A stretch of DNA of 64,000 nucleotides from Rhodospirillales bacterium (GCA_038143065.1 JAYQLI010000035.1:448001-512000); one strand, 5' to 3'. Counted from the stretch's first letter, positions 11,601 through 22,837 are shown. Program-made: numbers and translations. The notes: a model not told the origin generated them from the sequence alone.

Positions 11601-12089
11601 TAAAAGGATTTCTAGCGGGTCGTTTATTTGGATTTTATCGGCAATCCATTCTTTTGCGATGCTAAACAAGTCATAGGATGTTTGCTTTTGTCTAAAGTCA
11701 TTTTTTGATTTCAGAAGGTTTAGCGTTACAGCATTATCTTTGTTCTTGGTAAAAAGTAGTGACGCCTTTTCGATATCTAGTCTTGAAGGTTTGATATCTC
11801 CCTGAAGGAGGGCGGCTAAATCAAGGCGTATTTCGACGCTATCTGCTGATGCAATTGTAAGGCCATTTTCGTTGGCAAAATTTGCTCCAAAACCAACAAG
11901 TGCAGGTCTGTCGCCATAGACTCCCAACCTAAGGCTATTAAAAGACGCCTTGAGTCCGGTACTTGAGTTTATCGACTTTTCTAACTTTGGCTTTAAGAAG
12001 GAGACATCGACTGGACCGCTGCCAATACGCACGGCAATGCCTATCGCCAATACCGCAGCAATAGCTAATGTTCCAACTATTATACGCAA
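8604..12089 (-). CDS. AsmA-like/YhdP (DUF3971) envelope protein, split into three ORFs by apparent frameshifts
   Basis: N-terminal TM plus GPVDVSFL; middle LSKIWPQNLA..GRLWVKENL..G; C-terminal EGAISPAY..GEEGIFATNYRAFGPLEDP..LSTFAPGILR; divergent from glnE as recalled for alphaproteobacteria. Confidence 0.78.
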
Positions 12090-12175
12090 AGCGCTAAAGA
12101 TAATATTGTCTCCTTAACGAAACATACCCAATTCGACTCTTCGTTAATCTTACATGATCTATTATCCTGCAGACG

Positions 12176-15070
12176 ATGCAGTTCATAGACCTAATCAAAA
12201 AGTCTCCACTTGTTTTCGAAATGTTACAAGCGAGAGAAGCGCTCGAGAGTGTAATGGATCTCAATGAAGGTACCATTTCTTCTTTTGCACGTGTTCCACT
12301 TGGAAATGATTTTTTATTGGGGGTCTTTGGGGGCAGTCCATTTCTTACGCAAGCCTCAAGAGTAAGGCCAAGCACTCTGGCCCATGTATTAAATGAGGGT
12401 CCTGAAGCCTCGCTTAACGATTGCTTAAACTTATTCAGTGAATCAGTGCATATTATGGACCAGCGACAGTTTATGTCTGCTTTGAGAAAGGCGCGCACAT
12501 CGACGGCTTTAACTGTAGGTTTGGCCGACCTTGGTGGAGTTTGGGACACTTTAAGGGCTACCCGCTACCTTTCTGAGGCTGCCGACGCAGCAATTTCTGC
12601 GGCGGTTAATTGGCTTTTTATCGATGGCTTTCGTCGAAAAATTTTTACTAGTGCTGATCCATCAGGATTAATCGTACTGGGTATGGGAAAGCTTGGTGCC
12701 TGGGAATTAAATTATTCCAGCGATATCGATCTTATTCTGTTGTATGACCCGGATAAAATTCCGATATCTAATCTAGATAACATCCAGAATGAGATGACTA
12801 GATTTGCTCGTGGTTTGGCGCAGCTTCTAGAAGAACGAACCTCAGATGGATACGTGCATCGCACAGATCTGCGTTTAAGACCTGACCCTGCCTCTACACC
12901 TCCCGCTATCAGCGTTGAGACAGCGGCTGTTTATTACGAAAGTATCGGCCAAAATTGGGAACGTGCAGCGATGATTAAAGCGCGGCCAGTTGCTGGCGAT
13001 ATAGAAGCGGGTCAATCGTTTATTGCTTCTCTACGCCCTTTTATTTGGCGCAGGACACTCGACTTTCATGCGATAAAGGACATCCAGTCGATCAAACGGC
13101 AAATTGATCGCCGAGGTGGGTACAAACCATTAAGTGTAGAAGGTCATGATGTAAAACTCGGCAGGGGTGGTATTAGGGAAGTAGAATTTTTTGCCCAAAC
13201 TCAACAGTTAATATGGGGTGGTAGAAATCCCTCATTGCGCTCATCTAGCACAGTTGATGCCCTCAAATCATTGAATGCAGTAGGTTTGATTACACCTTCG
13301 ACATGCAAGGAAATGTCAGACTGCTACTTGAAGTTGCGCGACATAGAGCATCGTCTTCAGATGGTTGATGATCGACAAACTCATACGATCCCGGGATTAT
13401 CTGGCATTGAGAAATTTTCCCGGTTTGCTGGCTATCAAGATGTCAATGATTTTTGCACAGAACTCCTCAACACACTGCAAACCGTTGAGCGCAACTTTGC
13501 AGAGTTATTTCCTGATCAAGAAGGACTTGGGGGTATTGCTGGTGGTGCATTAGTCTTCACAGGAAACGAAGATCATCCAGAGACAATTAATACTCTTTTA
13601 GAGATGGGCTTTGCCTCACCCTCCAGAGTGATTGGCATTATCCGCTCATGGCATCACGGCCGAGTACGTGCTTCTCGAGCCCCCCGTGCAAGAGAAATCT
13701 TAACAGAATTAACTCCAGTTCTTTTAATGGAGTTTTCAAAAGCACCTAATCCTGATGTAGCTTTTCTAGCTCTAGATGGGTTTGTGCAAAAGTTACCCGA
13801 GGGCGTGCAATTCTTCTCTCTACTTCAAAGTAACCCTCATTTGATGGCGTTTTTGGCAAGAGTGCTTGGTCAGTCGCCGTATCTCGCAAATCTGATTAGC
13901 CATAGGCCGAATGTGCTTGATGTGGTTCTTACGGAAGAATTTGAAAAGGCTCCAGGAAATAAGAAAGCTTTAGAAGCCCAAATAGAGCAAGAAATATCGG
14001 ATGTGGACGACTTTCAAGATTTATTGGATAGCTGCCGTAGGTGGTTGAATGATCTACGGCTCAGGCTTGGTGTTCAGACTTTAGAAGGTCATTTAGAGCC
14101 GAGAAACTCGAGTATCGCTTTATCTGACGCGGCCGACATAATTTGTTCAAAATTATTGAGCTCCATAATGAACGAGTTTAGCGATCAGCACGGAGATCCT
14201 CCTGGAACGTTTGCGATCATAGCTTATGGTAAATGGGGCAGTCAGGAGTTAAGCATTGGTTCGGATTTAGATCTTGTTGCAGTTTATGATGCTCCAATGG
14301 ATGCCATATCACTCGGAAGAAGACCTCTATCAGCGCCTGTTTATTTCATGCGGCTTACTCAACGACTTGTTAGTGCATTAAATGTACCGACGGCTGAGGG
14401 CAGGTTATTTGAGGTTGATCTGCGCTTAAGGCCATTAGGGTCGGATGGGCCATTAGCTACCCAGATAGAAAGTTTTGAGAAGTATTTGATGGGGTCAGCA
14501 TGGACTTGGGAGTGGATGGCATTAAGCCGCGCAAGGCCGGCTATTGGCGATCAAAAGCTTCTTCAAAAGTTTGAGGAGCTTCGTGCCCGAACATTGAGAG
14601 CCGCTTCAACAAAGCCCTGTTTAATCTCCGATGTAATTGAAATGCGTACACGAATTTTATCGGAGAAAGGCCGCGGTGGAGTATGGGATATAAAGCAGAG
14701 ATCTGGAGGGTTGATTGATCTTGAATTCCTTACTCAGGCGTTAGTCTTAGTACACGGAGAAAATAACCATGTATTGGCTTCTAGGTCCCCGTGGGAACAA
14801 GCAAGAGCATTGCGCTCCTTAGATGACTATTTAAATACTGAGGAATTACTAAAAGCGGCCGAATTTTGGCAAAAACTTCAATGGTTACTGCAACTTGTTG
14901 GTCACAATGAAGTTGTTGGAGACGAAATTTTACATAAGGAAACCCAACAAGTTCTTGTTAAAGCATTAGGCCTGGAAGACTATGAAGAGCTTACCCATAT
15001 TAGGGAGGAAATAAGCGCAGCAGTAGCTGCTTCTTTTGAAACGCATATTGTTGGCCGAGAGGCCTCGTAA
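12176..15070 (+). CDS. glnE: Bifunctional glutamine synthetase adenylyltransferase/deadenyltransferase
   Basis: GMGKLGAWELNYSSDIDLI, RTDLRLRPDP, GQNWERAAMIKAR, second NT domain GKWGSQELSIGSDLDL, EVDLRLRP; start may be 12221. Confidence 0.96.
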   Translation: MQFIDLIKKSPLVFEMLQAREALESVMDLNEGTISSFARVPLGNDFLLGVFGGSPFLTQASRVRPSTLAHVLNEGPEASLNDCLNLFSESVHIMDQRQFMSALRKARTSTALTVGLADLGGVWDTLRATRYLSEAADAAISAAVNWLFIDGFRRKIFTSADPSGLIVLGMGKLGAWELNYSSDIDLILLYDPDKIPISNLDNIQNEMTRFARGLAQLLEERTSDGYVHRTDLRLRPDPASTPPAISVETAAVYYESIGQNWERAAMIKARPVAGDIEAGQSFIASLRPFIWRRTLDFHAIKDIQSIKRQIDRRGGYKPLSVEGHDVKLGRGGIREVEFFAQTQQLIWGGRNPSLRSSSTVDALKSLNAVGLITPSTCKEMSDCYLKLRDIEHRLQMVDDRQTHTIPGLSGIEKFSRFAGYQDVNDFCTELLNTLQTVERNFAELFPDQEGLGGIAGGALVFTGNEDHPETINTLLEMGFASPSRVIGIIRSWHHGRVRASRAPRAREILTELTPVLLMEFSKAPNPDVAFLALDGFVQKLPEGVQFFSLLQSNPHLMAFLARVLGQSPYLANLISHRPNVLDVVLTEEFEKAPGNKKALEAQIEQEISDVDDFQDLLDSCRRWLNDLRLRLGVQTLEGHLEPRNSSIALSDAADIICSKLLSSIMNEFSDQHGDPPGTFAIIAYGKWGSQELSIGSDLDLVAVYDAPMDAISLGRRPLSAPVYFMRLTQRLVSALNVPTAEGRLFEVDLRLRPLGSDGPLATQIESFEKYLMGSAWTWEWMALSRARPAIGDQKLLQKFEELRARTLRAASTKPCLISDVIEMRTRILSEKGRGGVWDIKQRSGGLIDLEFLTQALVLVHGENNHVLASRSPWEQARALRSLDDYLNTEELLKAAEFWQKLQWLLQLVGHNEVVGDEILHKETQQVLVKALGLEDYEELTHIREEISAAVAASFETHIVGREAS

Positions 15071-15086
15071 AATTAAGGATTTTGCA

Positions 15087-15545
15087 ATGCTTGATGTCGG
15101 TGATGTTGCTCCGGACTTTACCCTTCCAACCGATGGTGGAGGGGAGATAACGCTGTCCAGTATGCGTGGAAAGAAGGTTGTTCTGTACTTCTATCCAAAA
15201 GATGATACCTCAGGTTGTACCAAGGAGGCCTGCGATTTTAGGGAAAAAATATCAGAATTCGAGAAGGCTGGAGTAGTGGTTCTAGGTATGTCACCTGATG
15301 GTGTTAAAAAGCATGACAAATTTAAAGCAAAATATGACCTTCCATTTTCTTTGGTCGCAGATGAAGAAAAGACAGCCTTGGCAGCTTACGGTGTTTGGGT
15401 CGAAAAAAGTATGTATGGACGAAAGTATATGGGCGTAGAGCGTTCAACATTTTTGATTGATGTGGATGGTTCAATCCAGGCTACTTGGCGCAAGGTAAAA
15501 GTACCAGGTCATGTTGATGCTGTACTGGATGCAGTTCAGGCCTGA
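15087..15545 (+). CDS. bcp: Peroxiredoxin Bcp/PrxQ
   Basis: YFYPKDDTSGCTKEACDF; SMYGRKYMGVERSTFLID; SD AAGGA upstream. Confidence 0.95.
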   Translation: MLDVGDVAPDFTLPTDGGGEITLSSMRGKKVVLYFYPKDDTSGCTKEACDFREKISEFEKAGVVVLGMSPDGVKKHDKFKAKYDLPFSLVADEEKTALAAYGVWVEKSMYGRKYMGVERSTFLIDVDGSIQATWRKVKVPGHVDAVLDAVQA

Positions 15546-15697
15546 TCAGGTTTTCTAATGGTTTTAGTTTAGAAGGTGCATAAAAATACAATCTTCGCGT
15601 GAAAATTAGGTTAGACAAAGATTGGCCATATAAGGTCGATCGAGTTCATAATAGAGAAAAATACATTTCTGTGCGCGAGGTAATGGGAGAATGGATC

Positions 15698-16676
15698 ATG
15701 CAATTAAAGACTTCGCATATGAACGGTGATTTCGGCATTGTAATCCATGATGTAACTCGAGCAGATCTTAATGATGCAGATTTTCAATCTGGGGCTTTCG
15801 ACTTGTGGACTAGGCACGGTGGGTTATTGGCGGTGCGTGGTAACGACCTGGTTAACACATCACCACAAGAGTTGATGGCGTGGTCTGAGGTTTTTGGGTC
15901 CATTGAGTATGGGAATTTTGTTGCTCGAGAAGACAAGATGGTGGAAGGATTGCCAATTTTGCGGATTGGTAATGTCCGTGACGAGGGGGAAGTTAAAGTC
16001 TTCTCTTGCCCGCGTGCCGCAACTTAAAACCGACGCGGACATTCGGTACAATCCAGAGACACGTCGTCCGGTTTGGCATACTGATTCCACCTTTCGCCAA
16101 AGTCCGCCAATTGGATCAATTTTTCACTGCAAAATTGCTCCTGGATCTGGTGGTGAAACATTATTCGCCAACATGCGCGCAGCGTACAACGACCTCGACG
16201 ATGCAACTCGCGTGAAGCTAGACGGTTTAGAGGCAGTATGTTCGTTGGCGCACCATGACAAGAAAATCAACAAATATTCGCCGGATTATCCAATTCTGAC
16301 ACCTGAGCAGCGGGCTGCTAATCCGCCAAATAGGGTGCCGCTGGTTCTTAGGCATCCTGTAAGCGGGGAAAAAGCTCTATATGGCCTAAATAGCTCTACT
16401 TGCGCCATTCTTCCAAAGGATGAAGAAATTACTGCAGAAACCCTTGATATCTGCGACCTTGAGGGCGATGAGCATGAATCTGTTCAGATCTTGCGCGGGT
16501 TACTTCCTACAATAACTGGTCCAGAATACACGGTGAAATGGTCCTGGCAGCCTGGAGATATCGTTGCTTGGGACAACCGGTGTACTATCCATTCAGCCAC
16601 TGGATATGACTATGAAAACCAAAGCCGAGAAATGTGGCGCCTTACGCTGCTAGATCGCGCACAGGCTGAGAGCTAA
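15698..16676 (+). CDS. TauD/TfdA family Fe(II)/2-oxoglutarate dioxygenase (apparent frameshift near G-run ~15985-15990)
   Basis: [49 protein letters not shown]; N-terminal part in ORF 15599..16027. Confidence 0.85.
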
Positions 16677-17780
16677 CGATCCATTCCAGCTTTCTCAGCA
16701 AGTGAAGCTGCAAGAAAATCTCCAAGATCACCATTCAGGACGGCATCTGGGTTACCGGTTTCTACCCCCGTTCTAAGATCTTTTACCATCTGGTATGGTT
16801 GTAAAACATAAGAGCGAATCTGATGTCCCCACCCAATCTCTGATTTCTGTGCTTGTTCCTCCGCAGCGGCTTCCTCACGTTTCTGCAACTCATATTCGTA
16901 TAGACGTGACTTAAGCATATCCATCGCTGTAGCTCGGTTGCGGTGCTGTGAGCGATCATTCTGGCATTGCACCACTATTCCAGTAGGGGCATGCGTTATC
17001 CGGACTGCCGAGTCGGTTCTATTAACATGCTGTCCGCCGGCGCCAGACGCGCGATAGGTATCAATGCGCAGGTCTTTTTCTTCAATTTCTACTTGGATTG
17101 AGTCATCAACCACAGGATAAATCCAAGCAGAAGCGAAACTGGTATGCCTTCTAGCTTGGCTATCATATGGAGAAATCCGAACAAGTCGGTGTACTCCGGA
17201 CTCTGTTTTTAACCAGCCGTAAGCATTATTGCCTGAAACCCTAATAGTCGCTGATTTTAAGCCTGCTTCTTCGCCTGGGCTTTCTTCAAGAAATTCTAAT
17301 TTATATCCTTCCTTTTCAGCCCAGCGGGTATACATTCGAAGCAACATTTCGGCCCAATCTTGTGCCTCGGTCCCTCCAGCACCAGCGTGCACTTCGAGAT
17401 AACAATCGTTACCATCAGCCTCGCCAGATAAAAGACTTTGTAATCTAGCTCTTCTAGCATCAGATAGAAGTAAATTTAGTGAAGCTAATGCTTCTTCAAT
17501 AATTTCTTCGTCATCCTCAGCCTCGCCCATCTCAATAAGCTCAGCATTATCTGTTGCTCCATTTTCAAGTGCCTTGCAGGCTTCAATAGAGTCTGCAAGT
17601 TGTGTGCGTTCCCGCATTACTTTTTGAGCGGCTACAGGATCATTCCAGAGATCAGGGTTTTCTGCTTCTGCATTCAGTTCATCAAGTCGGAGAAGAGCAT
17701 TTTCCCAGTCAAAGATGCCTCCGTAATAAGGCAACAACTTCCTGAATTTCATCAATAAGAGTTTGGGCTTCAGCGCGCAT
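16673..17780 (-). CDS. prfB: Peptide chain release factor 2, with programmed +1 frameshift
   Basis: Start ATG 17780 ([23 protein letters not shown]), then CTT TGA C shift site; [35 protein letters not shown]. Confidence 0.97.
17708..17722 (-). promoter_or_regulatory. prfB +1 frameshift signal (internal SD GGAGG, spacer CAT, CTT-TGA-C)
   Basis: Minus strand reads GGAGG CAT CTT TGA C, the canonical RF2 autoregulatory cassette. Confidence 0.95.
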
Positions 17781-17941
17781 CTTTAAGTCTCCGATTGAAC
17801 TGGTAAAGAATGTATTAGCCTGAGATTGAATTGCTGCCAAACCTAGCATTGCGACGCATCATGACCAAATAAAATGTTGCGCTCTAAGGACTGTCAGGAG
17901 CATGCTAGGCTTATTGCGTTAGGAATTGTCACGAGGTTGCT

Positions 17942-18725
17942 ATGTATGCGGTAAGTAGCCATGAAGCTAGAGAAGTAAAAACAGAAACGCCAGAAGGCAC
18001 AAACCGGCGAATTGATTATATCGGTAGCGGGCGTAATAGATGCGCACCCACAGGCCTTTTATGTTGACCGTTTATATAAAAATGCGCGAATTGATCCCCA
18101 TTTTCATGACATAGACCAATACCAAGTTGTGGTCGATGGTTCATGTAAGATGGGTAAACAAGCTGCAGACCCAATTACTTTTCAATACGCAGATGCCTAC
18201 ACACCTTACGGTCCAATCATAGAGACTAGTGGAGAGGGTTTCGCATTCTTTACGCTTCGCCCGATCGCTAGTGGCGGCTTTTTTGCGATGCCTGGAAATA
18301 AACATAATATGCCTGGTAGAGCGGGGCGTAATATCGCTGGGCGATTCGATACGACGAGACCTTTGCCTAAAGAGGGGCAAGCGGTTTTGGAAAAATTAAT
18401 GGACGATCAACTTGACGGTGTAGCTGCATTTGGTCTTCGCCTTGGGCAGGATGCTTCCCTTGCGGGGCCTCCATCAAATGCTGGCGGGCAATATTATCTG
18501 GTATGTGAGGGAGATGTTTTAATTGGTGATAAAAATTTAGACCGACGCAGTCTTGTTCATATGATGCCCGGCGATGCAGCTCCTGTTTTTCAAGCTGGAA
18601 AACATGGGGCAGACATTTTGTGTCTGCAATTTGCGACACCATCGGATCGTCCAGGATCTGATCCCGTAGAGCGAGCTAACCGAGATCCAAATGCATATAT
18701 GCGTCGGCCTGATGAACAAGGCTAA
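17942..18725 (+). CDS. Hypothetical cupin-like protein (probable frameshift near 18025)
   Basis: PHFHDIDQYQVVVDG..YADAYTPYGPI..FFTLR suggests a metal-binding cupin fold; ATG 17942 has SD GAGG and joins ORF 18012..18725 via one indel. Confidence 0.6.
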
Positions 18726-18730
18726 TCAGA

Positions 18731-19656
18731 ATGCAGCAAGTTCGATTGCATGAAAGTCTAAGAGCTGTTTTTTATACGCCGTATTATGCGGCACTGGAGC
18801 GGGGAGGGCATCAGAGAGAGGGTTTAGACGTAGTTTTAACTCAGCCGAGTGGACCAAATAGGGCCGCAAGCGATTTGTTTGACGGTTATGCCGATGTTAC
18901 TTGGGGCGGCCCGATGCGGATGCTCCAATGTATGAGTCAAAATCCAAGTATAGAAAATCGCCTAGTAGCATTTGGTGAGGCTGTAGCTAAAGACCCTTTT
19001 TTATTGATTGGAAATCGCCCGTTTCCTGATTTCCACTTTAGTGACTTGAGAGATTGTCGCTTGGCAACAGTTTCCGAGGTACCAACTCCTTGGCTTTGTC
19101 TTCAGGAAGATCTGAGACGCGCTGGGATAGATCCAAGCAGCATTGATCGTGTCTCTGATAGAACTATGGCAGAAAATGCAGATGCTCTCCGTGCTGGTGA
19201 AGTTGATGTTATTCAGGTTTTTGAGCCATTTGTGCAGACCCTTGTTGCTGAAGGCGCCGGACACATTTGGTATGCAGCTGCCTCTCGGGGATTAACCAGT
19301 TACACTACGTATTATGCTCCGCTCTCCTTCTGCAAATCGGAGAGAAATATCCTTCTTAGTCTCACAAGAGCTCTTTATGACGTTCAAATTTGGCTTCATG
19401 AAGCACCCATTTCTGAGGTGGCTAAGACCGTCCATAAATATTTTCCAGAACTTTCGGACTCTATTTTAGAAGGGGCTATCCATCGGTATTTAAATCTAGG
19501 AATTTGGGGCGGGACCCCTTGTTAGATATGTCTGGATATTTGCGTCTCAAAATGGCTCTTATTTCGGGAGGCTTCATAGAGCGCGATACACCTTATGAAG
19601 AGTGCGTTGACCCGAGCATTGCAAAAACCATTATTTCCGAACGCGAGACAACTTAG
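18731..19656 (+). CDS. NMT1/THI5-like ABC substrate-binding protein (frameshift ~19510)
   Basis: RAVFYTPYYAA, WGGPMR, VFEPFV; C-terminus continues in another frame RDPLLDMSGYLRL..TPYEECVD..ETT* to TAG 19654-19656. Confidence 0.8.
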
Positions 19657-20096
19657 GGTCTTGGAGCGTCCGTGCGCACTGAAAAATCGACGATAGTGTC
19701 AGCAGTCGCAACTGCGACTGATCCATAAATAGGTCACCGTTGTTTCCATGCTTTTACAAAGTACTTTGCGGCTTCACTTGTAACACCCCAAAGCTCAAAA
19801 TTCACCCTGACAGCGTCATAGAGTGCCACCTTGCCCGAGGGTTTGTCTTTATTTCGATATAGCGAGACGTTTACTTCCAGTCCGGCAAGATCTTTGCCTT
19901 CATTTTTAGCTATCGTCTCGACCATATTCACAGCACAGGCAGATATAGAGGCGCAAAAGAGTTCGCCTGCACCAATACTTTCGCCACCAGAGTTTTCAGC
20001 CACCCAGTGATGATTTCTAGCGTTGCACACAGAGCGTCCTGGAATTCCAATACTATAGCTTCGTGCTGCGTACGCTAAATCTAATCCGTCCATCAT
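19653..20096 (-). CDS. OsmC/Ohr-like protein, predicted selenoprotein (UGA at 19734-19736 read as Sec)
   Basis: GELFCASISACAVNM (first Cys region); ..WKQR-UGA-PIYGSVAVA.. at the second conserved OsmC Cys; frame open to TAA 19653; start 20093, 20096 or 20120. Confidence 0.8.
19703..19736 (-). promoter_or_regulatory. Candidate bacterial SECIS element of the OsmC-like gene
   Basis: UGA + 13 nt + perfect 7-bp stem CAGUCGC/GCGACUG with loop AGUU. Confidence 0.7.
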
Positions 20097-20197
20097 ATTT
20101 CCCGACTGCTGGTCGTTCATGAACTCATTTATACGAAACACTACCGAAAAGAGTGCGGTGAAATAACTTTTTAATTGTCCCGGGGGGCAACATTTTA

Positions 20198-21859
20198 TTA
20201 TCGTGGAATGAAACGAGATCGGCGATCTTCCACGTTGGCAGCCACCTCTATCAAAACAGCTTTACCTGACGCATTTAGGCGCTGTGCTTCAACCAGAGCT
20301 GGTTCCAATTCTGATATTTTAGATACTTTAATGCCAACAGCCCCCATACCCTCGGCTATTTTCGCATAATCGCCATGCATTGTTGAAACCCCATAGATTT
20401 CACGGGCTTCTTTACCAATGGTACCTTGGGTTGGTCCTGAGTAGGTTGCCATTGCACTATTATTTAATAGAACAGTCGTTATTACTGCGCCCGATCGAGC
20501 GGAAGTCTCTATATCGGTGCCTGACATTCCAAAAGCCCCATCTCCCATAAGGTTCAGGCAAAACTTTTCGGGCTCTGCCATTTTCGCCCCAATCATTAAA
20601 GGAATTCCAAACCCTAAATGAGTTGTTTTACCCCATCCAATATAGCTATGAGGGGTGGTTGCTCTATAGAACGGTACAATCGTATCCCTTGGTGCCCCTG
20701 CATCATGGGTTACGATGCTTTTATCTGGATCGAGTGCATCATTTAAAGCTTGAATCACTCTATAATAGCTAATTGGTTCTTCATTTCCTTCAAGGATTGG
20801 GCTCCATTCTGCCATCCATTTTGCCTTAGCGTCAGAAACAGCGCTTTCAACTTGTGTTCGGTTACCGCAGCCCGTTCCATTAGTCTTTGTTTTTATCGTA
20901 GCGATTAGAGCTTCTATTGTAAGTTTTGTGTCGCCTACCAATCCGATGTCGGCAGCCTCATCCTTGTTTAGATCATCTGGATTATTGGTATTGTGGATTA
21001 TCGTTTTTCCCGCATGTACCTTTTGAGCATAGGGTGAGCGGGTCAGGCTTGAGCCTAAAGCCACTAAAACATCACTTTCAAGTAGCCATTCATGCGCGGG
21101 GTAGGTTGTTGTCCCACTACCTGCACCTAAGCTCAACGGATGGCGTTCATCAATCGCTGATTTTCCAGGCATTGTGCAAAATACGGGTATTGAAGTTAGT
21201 TCAGCTAATTCGCGAAGTTCATTAGTTGCTTGTGAAAAGAGAACCCCAGCTCCAGCCCATATTACTGGCCTTTTAGCGGCGATAATTGCGTCTGCTGCCG
21301 CCTCAATATCTACCAACTCCGGTACTTGACGGACTAATTTCGGGGATTTGTAAGACTGGGCAGCCTCAGGCACTTCCTGTGAGCAGACATCAGCGGTCAA
21401 CTCAACAACAACCGGACCTGGGGCTCCATTGCGTAGAGCATGAAAAGCCCTGCGCATCACATCAGCAACCTGGTTAGGAGTATAAATTGCCTCAACGTGC
21501 TTTACCCAGCCATGGTAATTACGAGCTGCACTGAAGTTTGGCTTAACAGAAATCCGATCAAGTGTATTTCCACCGACAAAAGCCAAAATTGGAATATTGT
21601 CGGCGTAAGCTTGTGCCAATCCTCCCATGGCATTCTCTGCCCCCGCTTGGCTTTGGACAGCCACGACGCCAAATTTCTGGCGATCACTAATGCGACTATA
21701 TCCATCAGCTGCCATTACAGCGCCGCGCTCATGGCGGAAGGCTATTGGTCTAATGCCTACCTTAGCCGCTGCCGTAATAAGCGGGTTGCTTGGGAAACAT
21801 GACATCCACTCAACACCTTCTTGTTTAAGAATTTGAGCGATGTAATCAATGCCATTCAT
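20198..21859 (-). CDS. Thiamine diphosphate-dependent enzyme (acetolactate synthase-like family)
   Basis: FRHERGAVMAADGY, PGPVVVEL, GDGAFGM...LLNN ThDP-binding motif. Confidence 0.9.
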   Translation of the reverse strand: MNGIDYIAQILKQEGVEWMSCFPSNPLITAAAKVGIRPIAFRHERGAVMAADGYSRISDRQKFGVVAVQSQAGAENAMGGLAQAYADNIPILAFVGGNTLDRISVKPNFSAARNYHGWVKHVEAIYTPNQVADVMRRAFHALRNGAPGPVVVELTADVCSQEVPEAAQSYKSPKLVRQVPELVDIEAAADAIIAAKRPVIWAGAGVLFSQATNELRELAELTSIPVFCTMPGKSAIDERHPLSLGAGSGTTTYPAHEWLLESDVLVALGSSLTRSPYAQKVHAGKTIIHNTNNPDDLNKDEAADIGLVGDTKLTIEALIATIKTKTNGTGCGNRTQVESAVSDAKAKWMAEWSPILEGNEEPISYYRVIQALNDALDPDKSIVTHDAGAPRDTIVPFYRATTPHSYIGWGKTTHLGFGIPLMIGAKMAEPEKFCLNLMGDGAFGMSGTDIETSARSGAVITTVLLNNSAMATYSGPTQGTIGKEAREIYGVSTMHGDYAKIAEGMGAVGIKVSKISELEPALVEAQRLNASGKAVLIEVAANVEDRRSRFIPR

Positions 21860-22017
21860 GGATGTGTTCCCTTAGGTGGTTGCGGTGCAAAAAAGCAATT
21901 AAGCCTTCGTTTAATATTAAAAAGTTCTTTTTAAAATTTACTCGACGTCGATCGCATACAGTGCCAGGCTACTATAAGTTTAACGGAAAATTCATCCATA
22001 AATATACAGAGGTTTTT

Positions 22018-22785
22018 ATGCGTAAGAATAAAATTAAGGAGATGTGGCGCGATGGGAAACATGCGACGCTTGGTTGGCTATCGGTTTCTCATGGTTTTAC
22101 AGCTGAAGTGATGGCCCGACAGGGGTTTGATGCCTTGTGTGTTGATTTGCAACACGGTTTATCGGAGATGAAAGATGTCGCTCCAATGTTGCAAGCGATT
22201 TCTCAAACAGAAACGGTTCCTGTGGTACGAGTCGCTTGGAACGATCCCGCTGCAATAATGAAAGCGCTCGATCTTGGCGCATATGGAATCATTGTGCCGC
22301 TTGTAAATAATGCTGAAGAGGCAGCAGCTGCCGTGTCAGCCTGCAGGTATCCCCCAATAGGAATGCGGTCTTCTGGGCCGGTGAGGGCTCTGCACTATGG
22401 AGGGTCAGATTATTTTGATCATGCTAACGACGAAATAGTCGTAATGGCAATGATTGAAACAAAGCAGGGCATCGAAAATTTGGATGAAATTTGTGCGACC
22501 CCTGGGCTTGACGCGGTGTACATCGGGCCAGCGGACTTATCGTTCGCTTTGGGAATGCCTCCACGAGCAGATAACCCAGATGAGCTTCATTTAGAAACCT
22601 GTGACAGGATTTTGGCTGCAGCTCATAAACATGGGATTAAAGCTGTAATGCATTGCGCTAGTGGAGAATTTGCTGCGGGTGCTGTCAAACGTGGTTTTGA
22701 CATGGTTATGCTCACATCTGATATCGCTAGTATGGCTGCAGGTGCAAAAAACCAACTTGATACTTTTAAGACCAAAACAGCCTAA
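22018..22785 (+). CDS. HpcH/HpaI aldolase family protein
   Basis: VDLQHG, PVVRV, ALDLGAYGIIVP, RYPPIGMRS, MIET, YIGPADL; ATG 22018 has SD GAGG. Confidence 0.92.
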   Translation: MRKNKIKEMWRDGKHATLGWLSVSHGFTAEVMARQGFDALCVDLQHGLSEMKDVAPMLQAISQTETVPVVRVAWNDPAAIMKALDLGAYGIIVPLVNNAEEAAAAVSACRYPPIGMRSSGPVRALHYGGSDYFDHANDEIVVMAMIETKQGIENLDEICATPGLDAVYIGPADLSFALGMPPRADNPDELHLETCDRILAAAHKHGIKAVMHCASGEFAAGAVKRGFDMVMLTSDIASMAAGAKNQLDTFKTKTA

Positions 22786-22837
22786 CTTTGCTTTGAGTAC
22801 AAAAGTACGATGACACCACATAGTATGGTGGCCAAGT

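Noticed and set aside
12094-12549. 151-aa minus-strand ORF and the many other short ORFs overlapping assigned genes
   Set aside because: Antisense or alternate-frame shadows of well-supported genes with no recognisable motifs.
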